From Psilocybe cubensis (lineage: Eukaryota): a DNA stretch of 25,579 bases. Location of the stretch: the NCBI GenBank assembly GCA_017499595.2, contig CM038998.1:4650001-4675579 (forward strand), given 5' to 3'. Both the position numbers and the translations under genes were made by a program. Each line of letters begins with the position of its first letter. Within the stretch, counting starts at the first letter, position 1. Shown here piece after piece: positions 11,623 to 21,814 of the stretch. Below the pieces are notes generated by a model. It saw only the letters and a list, made by a program, of their open reading frames with translations. It ran no database searches and was not told the DNA's origin.

Positions 11623-14124
11623 ATGACGTTTTCTTCAATCGATCCTTTCGATCTACATGGTTTTGCATCTGAATCGGCAAAGCAGTACCGCGAACACATA
11701 CAAGAGCTCGTCTACTATGGGGAATCACGATTAAAACGAGCGGTGGACGAGATTTTAAAAAAACCGATGGAAGATCAAGCTCCATTCCAAAAATGCCTAC
11801 GAAAAGAACTGGTTAGTAACTCAATTAATGGGATACCTTTTACTAATGGTTTTACAGCATTACTTTTTGACTTACGTGGGCTTGATCACATCAATGGGAC
11901 AAGTTGTTGATGTACCATTTACGCTGCGTTCGTTGGCATTTTCTTTAGGGAGAATTGCTCCAGAGGATCTACCCATGCAATTCAACGTCGAGTTCGTGCA
12001 AGCGCTTAACATAACACGCGATGAAGACCGTGGGGAAGTAGTAGCGAGCTACAAAAGACCGTGGTGGGAAGAATTCAGGCCAAGTTGGCGATCTGTCATA
12101 GACGATGGTTCAATCGGCGAGTGTTTATCACACCACAGGAAACTAATAGGAATAGAAAATAAACATCGTTTTATTGAGTCTCTTGGTAGCGATATCACTC
12201 CATCCTCGTTTGCCATGACACCAGGAGAGCGAATGCTCTTTGAACCACTTCAGAACGCTCGGCGAACAATTATGGTAATGACTGAAGCTCAAACGAGCCA
12301 TCAGAGTGTCATTTTCAGAAAGGCAGAGGAATACTGGAATCTGCATGACGCTTCGAAGGCCGAAGGGATGAATAGGGACCATTGGAAAATGGGCATTACC
12401 GAGATGGGTAACAATATTACGGAGATTGGAGGTGTTGACTATGTTGATAGGTGCGTGTTTCTGCAGAGGAATAGCGTTCCAGCGGCGTTGATACCGAAAC
12501 ACCTAAGAATAGGATATCAACACCGGCATTTCAACGTGCGACGTCATGCAATGACCCGCCTTTGGTTCGGGATTCAAAACACCGTTCGAAAGACTGGAAA
12601 CCGTCAGAATTGGATGATGATTACAGTCTCTCCCCGCTTCCGTCCCCTGCACTGCTGTACCGCTCAGAATCAATCCAAACCGATCAAGGCACCGTGCCTG
12701 TAGAAACTGTACCGCCCCATTCTGGTCCTGATATCTCGTGTGGTTCGCCAGAAGAAATGGGCGATCTTTCTATGCAAGCGTCACTATCACCAGGTTTTGC
12801 TAGCGCACGGTCCCGCGATGAAATGGCAGAGTTGTACGAGGATATAAAGCCCCATATCCAAGAACCTATCCAAAGTTACTCGCCCGAATTCCACCCACCC
12901 ATCCGTATTCCTTTGGCAGATGAATTAGGAGATCTTTTCAGGGACATCCCTTCAACTCCAGGCCGATCATTTGATATGGAGATACTGGGGATACAGTCTC
13001 CTAATGTGCTCGCGACATTATACGAGGAAATAACACCCCAATTCGGCATAGATCGCCAATCCTCGCCGGAAATCAAAACACTTCGCCTGAACCCTTCGGC
13101 AGATGATTTAGGAGAACTTTTCAATGATATTTTACCGCCCTCAGGCCTCTCTATCGATCCTGATATTACTGCAACGCGACCTTCTGATGTACGTTCAACG
13201 CGGGACGAGGATGTAACGCTCCAAATTAACGTAGATCGCCAATCCTCGCCGGAAATCTGCGCACTTCGCCTTAATCCTTCACCAGATGATTTAGTAGATC
13301 TTTTCAGGGACATTCTACCACCTGCAGGCCTGTACCCCAATCTTGATATTAATGGAACGCGGCCTTCTAATGTGCCTGCAACATTGTACAAGGAAATCAC
13401 ACCCCAAGTCGACGTAATTCGCCAATCCTCACCGGAAATCTATGCGCCTCACCTTAATCCTTCACCAGATGAGTTAGGAAATCTTTTCAGGGGTATTCTT
13501 CCACCTTCAGGTCCATTTTCAAATGTCGAGTATACTGGAACTCAGTCTCCGCAAGAGTGTACAACAATGCGCGAGGATTCGACGCCTAAATGCTACCCAT
13601 CTCGCCACATTGCTTCGACGGATGAATTAAGCGAACTCTTTATGGACATCCTACCTAATCCAGAGCCTTTGAAGAGGTCAGAGGCCCAGACCCCCAATAA
13701 ACGTTCAGGGTTTACAGAAGATACACCACCCACGTATCATCCAAACTGTTATATTTCATCACCGGACGAATTAGGAGAGCTTTTCAGGGACTTAAAACCT
13801 GCCTCAGAGCTGTCGGAGAGCCCTAGTGCCTACGTTGCACAGTCCCCAAATGACATTGCAGCACTTTGGCAAAATACTAACCAACCCAATAACCATTCAC
13901 CTCGCCATAATGCTTCGCCAAATGAGCTGGGGGCGTTGTTTCAAGGTATTACACGGCTCGCTCAAACGACGGATAATAGTGCTAACACAGCACTGCAAGG
14001 TACCTCAAACGTCATGTCTCGTCCACCAGCCTCGAGCAATATTCATGAAGATCAAAGTCTTTCATTGGGCAGTAGTAACCATCTGAATGGGCTCCCTTCC
14101 AAGAGGCAAAGACGTCAAAAATAA
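11623..14124 (+). CDS. Orphan ~800-aa protein: globular N-terminal region plus a Ser/Pro/Asp-rich C-terminus with 61-aa repeats
   Basis: Exons 11623-11811, 11858-12450, 12513-14124 (introns GTTAGT..TACTAAT..CAG and GTGCGT..TAG) join three track ORFs in phase. An alternative acceptor at 12507 would give a shorter product ending at 12703. Confidence 0.7.
12800..13950 (+). repeat. Coding tandem repeat, 183-bp (61-aa) unit x4 plus ~3 degenerate units
   Basis: cagatga.ttag.a.a.cttttca recurs at ~12917, 13100, 13283 and 13466 (183-bp spacing); SPDELGELFRDILP-like motif again at ~13620, 13763 and 13920. Confidence 0.9.
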
Positions 14125-14850
14125 GCCCTAACCAAACTATCTCTTGCCCTCTGTAACATTAGACAGAATAGAATAGAAGTATTAGAGTACAGAGTATTTA
14201 ATTTTTTTTTTTTTGTGCTCGCTGCATTTCGCCCCATTATGGGCGTACTAGCTTACACCGGGGCGAAAAACCTGGGTCCGCTGAATACGAAAACCAGACG
14301 CTCAGTTCCCCGGGTCCGCTGAGCTGTAGCCTGTGCACACCAGATACACATACTCCGGACCCGCTGAGGTGTGACCATACACACATCTATTCGACGGATC
14401 GACATGCACCACTGACCACAGTACGGCCTTTCCTTGTGTCTTACCATACAGCACACTGTTACACTGGAAAAGACTAACACACTCGATGGAATTGTAAATT
14501 TCTGTGTATCAGAGGGATGTTGTAGAGTATACGTACAAGCAACAGAAACTCGAGATGATGGTAGAAAGAGAGAGAGAAGGAATACTATTCTGAACAAGTA
14601 AAGGATAAACAGAAGACAGGCTGAATTTATAAAGCAAAGAACCAAAATCAGAAGCTAAGTAAGTTACATAGCCTACGTAAATTACCGATAATACAAGAGA
14701 TATTGTCAAGCGAAACATGGTTGATTCAAGAAAATGTAGGACCGGTGAGAAATACAAGACGTGTAATCTGGGTAAGAGAAAGAGAGGCACCAAGTTCGCC
14801 TGACCCTGCTCGGTTCGCATATGCTCGGAAAGTCGAAAAGTGGTCTTACC

Positions 14851-16282
14851 CTAGAAATAGTGAAGGAAATGAGCTTGTAATAACTCGATTTCCATTTCTG
14901 TCATCTTGGTCTGGGAAAAATTGGCGAATCTGTGCAAAAAGCCGTGTATATAGTCGGGGGTCCATCGAGAAACAGCGTAAATCATTTCTTGCTTTGTAAT
15001 CCCAAAGGCATGAAAGTCCTGCAAAAGGTGTATCATGGAAGGGGAACAGGAGTCGAGAAAGGATGCAATTGCATCATTTTCATTCGAGTCATAACGCGAC
15101 GGTGGGCGGGATACGGTATTGGCTGACGATGAGGCTGGAAGTCTCACTGTTAACTCTGGTTGGGATGATGAAATTACCATACATACCATTGACGTTCTCC
15201 TCTAATCGTGAATCTGAGGAACTCGCCGATGTGGAAACCAACGGAACTATTTCAGGAAGGGTAAGTTTACTACGGGCTGGTCCGGGCATCTTCAATGAAT
15301 TGGGGGTTGGGTACACCTTTAGTTGGTAAAAAAAGGATGAAGGGCCGTTATTTACTCACCCCTTTACGCTTCCGTACATTATAGCGCGCCATCTCAAGTC
15401 TCTCAATTATGTATTGCTCCACAAGATCAAGTCTTTCACTTTGATCATTTTGCAGTGAGTGGTTAAAAATATCGGGGTATGCTTTTAATACCTGTAGGAA
15501 AAAAAAAAAAAAAAAAACTGTAGTAAGTAAAGGTCCATGCAAATTAAACACATAGTCCGTGCCCACCGTTTGACGAAACAATTTCCGTTGTTCAACTTGA
15601 AGAGAAGGTGGCAAATCCAATGTTAAGCAATCCTGCCCAATTTTAATGATGTCGTTCTGTGAAGCAATGAGGATAATGTGCATGAATAGTATTGGAAATA
15701 CTAACGACGATGTCCGAGACTGCTTGGTCATTATTCAAGCATACTGAGTTAAGCATGGCTTTTAGCTGACGCTCGCCCTATGTCATGCACTGTTAGTGTG
15801 TTGTACATAGTGGTGAATAGTACTGTTGTACTTGGCCTGTCTCTGTCTTGCTCTGAATTGTTTGCATTTCTGGAAGATATGGGAGGGCTTATTGTCTGTT
15901 GGGGAATGATAGAGGGGCAAGGGAAAGTTCAAGTTCAACTTTACGATCCCTCTTGTATCCGCCAATTTGACTGTGACGCTGTTCAATCGCTGTTCGGATC
16001 CGATATATCTGATCATTCTGATGTGTGTTACTTTTTTTTAAACTCACCTGTCTGTCACCGTGCAGTGCGGCGCATTCAATGAATTTATTTTTAGTTTCCG
16101 TGGGCAGAGGGAATTGCCATCGCCGGAAAGGCTCGGGTACAAAGGAGAGATCGACATTTACAGTTGGTCTGTTGGAGACTGTGTTTGATAGTAGGTTGGG
16201 ATTGCATTGGGTGATGAATGTACCTTTTGGTATTGAGGTATGTGTTGGGTGAGTATTTTTGATATTTTGTTTAAAATTACAA
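14851..16282 (-). CDS. Multi-exon hypothetical protein with C-terminal FLxxCxPxMxHLL...TEME..L..HF..YF domain
   Basis: In-phase exons ~15778/15756-15706, 15656-15567, 15491-15360, 15316-15187, 15146-14851. Further open exons ~16282-16048 and 16008-~15830. 5' end uncertain. The C-terminal motif resembles, from recall, an uncharacterised Agaricales family. Confidence 0.65.
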
Positions 16283-17356
16283 CTTTAAAGATCTTTCAGG
16301 GAAATTAATACACACATTCAATTGGACAAGCGCAACCAGCTGCGATTACACGCAACCATTTCAAACTGGAAGCCATAATCTGACACTGACTGATGTATGT
16401 TTATTCATGATGAAGGGGAGACACTGGGTAAATTCTGTATGACGTATACTTTTGTTGCCACGTATGTAAATCGGGCATGGGTCAATGACAACATCTACCT
16501 TATTGTAGGAACCGCTAAATTCCTGCGAGCGGAACAACGACTTAGCAGTTGTATGAATCACCCAGAATGCAAGACTCACAAAACGACGAAGTCCAGCACC
16601 TTGGCGCCCAAACCCTGCCAAACATGTGAGAACACGCCGCGCGCTTGTCAGTCAAATCACACCCATCCCCTGTCTGGCGTTTCCATCCCAATGTTTTATC
16701 GTCCATTTTCATTCTCAATACCTTTCCACAATTTCATCTTCCTCCACTATCTACCTATCACACTCGTCCTTGTATCTATCACACAAGAGTTACTCAACTT
16801 ACAACCAACCGGGTAGCAGTGTTTTGTTTGTTCATGAAGCCGGTAGATAAAAATTCGTAAATAGAACTAGTATATAAGTAGTCGGGCAGTCTGTGAAAGC
16901 GGTAGTGGAAATTTACCCTCGAAAATTTGGTTTCTCTCCGCTCCTTGTACGTTCTCAAAGCTTAGCTGGCTATCGAAGAAAATCTAGCAACGCTACCTAA
17001 CTCTTGTAACCCTACTTGTAAGGTGAGCCGTTGCTACGCACGGCAGATACGAGTCCTTGTGATCAATTCCGTTGGAATTTATCAGACATGTCGTTTAGGA
17101 GGGGCAGCATCCAGTATATTATAAGATTGTAATAGCTCCATCTAACTTGAAGACAAAGACTGGACTGAAAAGAATGAAATCACTAATGTTTAAGTTGTCC
17201 TATTGTAGATTTCCGAAGCATATTTCTCAAAAAAGTCAAAAACAAAACGAGATGTTAATATACAAAACATGTATTTGATTCGTTTTTATTTCGCGTATAT
17301 CAATGGCCTCCAGCAGTGTAATCAACTAACTATTCATGGATTCTAGCCTCTTACAG

Positions 17357-17654
17357 GGAAGGATAAGCGGCATCCCAATCTAAAGAGAAAGCAATAGTCA
17401 ATGCAGAAGCCTCTCAAATTCCAATGACGAACGACTGGAAATAGGATAAGAACTTGGCAAACGTCGATTCTGTCGACGTGCCTTCAGTTAAGAAGAAAAA
17501 TGGAAATGGAAAGGAAACCACCACCACTAATGCTAAGAGTAACAAAAAGGCACTTACATCAGACGATCTGGCTGCAAAAGAGACCGAGAAACTGCAGGTA
17601 CAAGGGAAGCGGACCGAAAGTAAAATTCTCATAGTTAGTAGTGAATTTTTGTAG
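17357..17654 (+). pseudogene. Relic last exon of a Lys-rich hypothetical protein
   Basis: Frame EG*AASQSKEKAIVNAEASQIPMTNDWK*DKNLANVDSV...TSDDLAAKETEKLQVQGKR after a CAG acceptor; two in-frame stops. Confidence 0.35.
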
Positions 17655-17776
17655 ATTCAACAGAAAGGTTGTATTATGGTGAATTTACATGTTTTACACT
17701 CATCGTTTGAAGAGTCTAATACTCTATCCTATCGTCGTCATCGTCTTCCTGTGCTCGTCTGGGAAAAGGAAGAAGA

Positions 17777-18166
17777 TTATTTGAGAAATAAGGAAAGTGG
17801 ATGACAGGATTGGGGTTTGGAAACCACCTGGCGAACCAGATCATCATTGGTGTATGTTGAAGGTGTGGTGTGAGGGTGGGGTTCGCGGAAATTTGAATGC
17901 ATGAATTTGACAAGACTGAGATTGTTTGTGGATAGTGTTGCTGTGATATTCTCATCTTTCATCTTGCCATCGGTGGGTTCTTCGCCGTGGCGAGCTTCCA
18001 GATTTGACGAAACGTCCTCTTCGCCAAAAACCTCAGCCACATTTGACTCTGCATGCGAGGTCCCTTCTTGATCTGATGTTCTCAAGTTGGTGGCGACGTC
18101 AGTCTGGTCTTTGGCGAGTTCAGTGTCTTTGGGCGAGATGTGATGGCAAGCGGGATTACATTGTCC
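17777..18166 (-). pseudogene. Orphaned original C-terminal coding segment of the Zn-cluster gene
   Basis: Becomes in frame with the 18282..19508 ORF (PIDIDF-GQCNPACH...LRTSDQEG) when the 18182-18290 insert and one TSD copy are removed. Confidence 0.75.
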
Positions 18167-18181
18167 AAAGTCAATGTCAAT

Positions 18182-18290
18182 TAGTACTTAGTACATAGTA
18201 GACATCCTAGTGTAGAAAGGTGAGGAACGCTCACCCGTGCGTCTTAGCACATCGATTGCTTGTTGCACGATAATAGATAGATTACAAACA
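18182..18290 (+). mobile_element. 109-bp insertion with 15-bp TSD; probable 5'-truncated non-LTR retroelement (LINE/SINE) 3' end
   Basis: Perfect aaagtcaatgtcaat at 18167-18181 and 18291-18305. Insert ends aatagatagattacaaaca and contains the hairpin ggtgag-gaacg-ctcacc. Confidence 0.8.
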
Positions 18291-20817
18291 AAAGTCAATG
18301 TCAATGGGTTGATCCGAAGTACCTCCATACCACTGGTGTTGGCTGGCTTCTAACTTTTCCCGCGAATGAACAGGAATGTAGGGCATCTTATCAGCATCAA
18401 TCTCCGCCGAGGAATCCGAATCCTTATCACCAAATTTCTCGCCCTGTTCGTCCTGTCCGCCCTTCTCGCCTTCTTCGCCGTTCTCGTTCTCTTCGCCGTT
18501 CTCGTTCTCTTCCCCGTTCTCGTTCTCTTCCCCGTTCTCGTTCTCTTCGCCGTTCTCGCCCTCTTCGCCGTTCTCGTTCTCTTCGCCGTTCTCGCCCTCT
18601 TCGCCGTTCTCTCCCTCTTCGCCGTTCTCGTTCTCTTCGCCGTTCTCGCCCTCTTCGCCGTTCTCGCTCTCTTCACCGTTCTCGCCAATCCCGGTTTCAT
18701 CACCAACCTTGCCCGAAGACTTAGAGAAAAGTCCTTTGCTGTCAAGAATTTTGGTTTGAGAGTCAGTTTGAATTCCTTGGTCCTTTGTACTCCCGCGGCG
18801 AAATGGGCAGGGACCTTCTTCCCCTCTGTGGTAGGTATCATCGTGCATGTTCTCCATCGTTATTTCAACACCGACTAATTTATGAAGGACATCACTATGA
18901 TAGGAATGCAGGACTTCGAATTTGTTTGAGAGCATGTCTATAGCAGCCATGGAAAACGCCATTTTCGCTGCAATATAGTCGAAGCCATGGTCGTGATTAG
19001 CCAATTGCTTGTCGATTCGCTTCATGACTTTGTTCATCTTAGTGATATTCTTCTCTAATCGGGCCAGGCGATCTTCATTAGGGTAAGCTTCATTATCTGC
19101 ATCTGCTTTGTTGTCTTCCCAATTGCGAATATATGTCGGCCGTGTAGGTAGTGGGCCTGCTGGAGCACGAGCTTCACTTCGCGCCATATCTTCTGCCACC
19201 CATGCTTCCCAATTCCTGGCAAATTCTTCTACAAAGATGTAAGCATACAATTTGCATAATACTGGATGAATTCTTACCAATGTCTTTAGCCGCTCTCGCA
19301 GATTTCTCGGGAGGAAGTGAGCTAGACGATGCTTTGGGTGGTGCGGTGTACCTTGGTATGGCTTCCCATGATTTGAGTACGTTCTCTGTTTTGATCTTAG
19401 CCTCAGTGTAGACAAACTGATAATGTACCTTACCCATAGGATGTTTGTCTTGGTTGGTTTGGGAAGAATTGAGGTCTGCGGTCTGCTCGGATATAGGTTG
19501 CTTTCCATTGCTGTGCTTTGGATCTCTCAGCGCCGGCGAGTGATGTTGAGGGTCGTGATGGCCACAATTTTCATCTGGTTCAGGTGAGCCGGTTTCGCGT
19601 TTAGGCCTTTTTTGGCGATGCAATGGTTTTCCATGTTTTCTAGCTTCTTCAACAGGACCTGTGATATCTTCGTTCGCCTCAGGCAGCCTCCTCACAATAG
19701 TATCCCCTCGATTGTCACAGCGAACCCGATGCGAACCACAATAAAAGCAAGAGTACCCTTTATATGTGACACGGCAATTAATATTGCGATCTGCGCACTG
19801 AGCGCAGGGTTGGAGATGGACATAGTTGGTTGGAACAGGAGGTGTGCGATCCTGCTTTGTTTCAGAGCGGCCTTGCACCTTTATGTTCGTTTTAACGTTG
19901 GAATGTGGGGCGGGTTCTGGAGTAAGTTTGCGACCAAAGTTTTCAGTAGACGTTGGACCCTTTGCTACTGCTGCCATGGCTCGTGTGATTCGTTTTCCAG
20001 ATGAAGTGTCCGACGAGGGTGCAGGTGCTATAACACGAGTGTCTGGCGGATTGATATTAGAGGGAATATCTGATGGAACATATCCATCTTCGTTATTGTT
20101 GTCGCTTGAGTTTTCAATAGATACAAGTGTTTTTGGTGGTGGAAGTTCGGGGCTGGCTTGCCTGGCCTGTTGCACTCGACGTTTCTTAAGTGGAGGTGAC
20201 GGTTCTCTAATGAGTGCGGAATGGTTTGCACTGTCGTTGACGATTGTCTCTGCGACTGTCTTGGTTTTCTCAGCGCTACTAGACCGCGAGCGCTTATTGG
20301 CGACTTGGTGTCGAGACTTTCTTGTCGTGCGTCTTGGACCCTCAGAGTCTTGGCGAATTCGGCTGCCCTCGCCATCCACATTTTGGCGAACGTGCACTTC
20401 TGAATGCTGGTCATCCTTGCCTTCTAATGTGGGCTTCTGTACTGGTTCATCGTGCGGATCATCGATCTCACGTTGCAGATTTTGGCAGTATTCGAGAAAC
20501 TCGTGGCTGCGATGCTCTCTCTTGCGGAAAGCGTGTCCATAAGCACTCAGAAAGGCGAAAAGGAAGTTATACTGGGGCTTTTCTTTTTCCTCCTTGAAGC
20601 GACCGCAGGTTGTGGCAACCGCTTTCTAAATTGTTGTCTCGGTGTATGGTCAACATGTAAAAAGAATATAACTCACTGCTGTTTCCAAGTGCGAATCCAT
20701 AACTTTAGCAACATCACCATCGACAAGGCTCTTCCGAATTTTTTGATCAAGTATCTTTATCGCCTCCTGGAACGTTGATAGATTATGGATAGATTGGAGC
20801 TCAGTGGATTCAGACAT
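18282..20817 (-). CDS. ~800-aa protein with central Zn(II)2Cys6-like cluster, coiled-coil and acidic ENGEE repeats
   Basis: Exons 20817-20677, 20625-19434, 19385-19278, 19228-18282 in phase. CAQCADRNINCRVTYKGYSCFYCGSHRVRC = C-x2-C-x6-C-x8-C-x2-C-x6-C. RLARLEKNITKMNKVMKRIDKQL heptads. Confidence 0.8.
18464..18686 (-). repeat. 18-bp coding minisatellite, ~12 copies, encoding ENGEE(G/N/S)
   Basis: ttcgccgttctcg(tt/cc)ctc tandem units on the + strand. Confidence 0.95.
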
Positions 20818-20975
20818 TATGGAAGGATTTGGATTTGAGGTTGTATCGTAGCGGAAAGATAGAATTGTAATGTCTGACAAGCTAAAATGATTTTCTCGCG
20901 GCTGACGCCGGCATGCTCGATCAGCATTGACTCTGCACTGCTCAATCAATTTGTAAGGTCGATTGTCTGGTTGAC

Positions 20976-21578
20976 ATGCCTCCTCAAAAAAACTCTTACT
21001 ACTAGTGTCATCTTGATTTCGCCAGTTCCGAGAGGTTATAGGTTGATTAGTGGTCCAGGTGGTCAAGAGTACTTGGTGCCTTGCCATCTGGTTGAAGACA
21101 TAAATCGTTTTTTTTTCTTTCTTTTGAATCCTATGAACATAAAAAAGGATGGGTTTAGAAAGGACAATGGCATCGGTACTATATACTCATCTTGTCCTGT
21201 GTCTATTGTACTGACTTTCGCATTTGAAAAGGAAGAAAACACACATATGGAGACCGCCGCATCCCATAAAGGAGGCACATTTACTTCTCCCACCAAACCT
21301 TCTGTAAGCATCCGCTTTTCTATACAGATTTTAAAATTGGACATATCTGAAAGGCTATTGGCACTCAGGATTTGGCGCAATTAGGGCTACATGCCGATGT
21401 CATAGCTCTTCAAGAATTGCTTGACATTTCGTAACAGGACGCAGCACATAGGCTTTATCTGGCCGAAATAGAAAAGTGCAAAATGGGACATCAGACATTG
21501 GTTGCACTCAGACGCATTCAGGAAGATATTGATAAATGTATAAAAGGGTTCGAAGATTATTGTAAGAAAGGAAAATGA
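20976..21578 (+). pseudogene. 3-exon hypothetical gene (PRGYRLISGPGGQEYLVP ... GLHADVIALQELLDIS*QDAAHRLYLAE) with lesions
   Basis: Exons 20976-21175, 21232-21303, 21354-21578 with GT-AG introns. Homopolymer indels in exon 1 and an in-frame TAA at 21432-21434. Motifs resemble, from recall, a recurrent uncharacterised Agaricales family (ISYKDAAHRLY). Confidence 0.7.
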
Positions 21579-21814
21579 ATACATAATATAGTTTTTTTAT
21601 AAAAAATATTAAGTGATGAGGTGGGCGAGCCGGCTGGCGAGCACGAAAATAAAGGCGAACGGTATATTATTATCATTTTCACATATCGTTTTTACGACGT
21701 AAAAATTGATGAGCGCCAGCAGTGAAAGTGAAACATTTGTATCGTCAGGCTTGACGAGGGTAAAAACAAAAGAAGGTAACAATAGATCTAACCAAGTCGT
21801 GCCACATTACACAC

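Noticed and set aside
12876..13400. 174-aa minus-strand ORF; likewise 19826..20542 (+)
   Set aside because: Antisense shadows of long low-complexity exons.
14227..14370. Hairpin cgccc-cattat-gggcg plus CTAG and three gg(g/a)(t/c)ccgctga motifs as a Helitron or TE end
   Set aside because: CTAG is only 2 nt from the stem and is not followed by T; no partner terminus found.
18350..18878. Hydrophobic (LFAVLV)n and basic (RTAKR)n ORFs
   Set aside because: Alternative-frame and antisense shadows of the 18-bp ENGEE repeat.
6666..21341. Long inverted repeats as TIRs of a 14.7-kb transposon
   Set aside because: The repeat is exon/intron sequence of a gene that continues outward at 21342-21578; no TSD at the outer ends.
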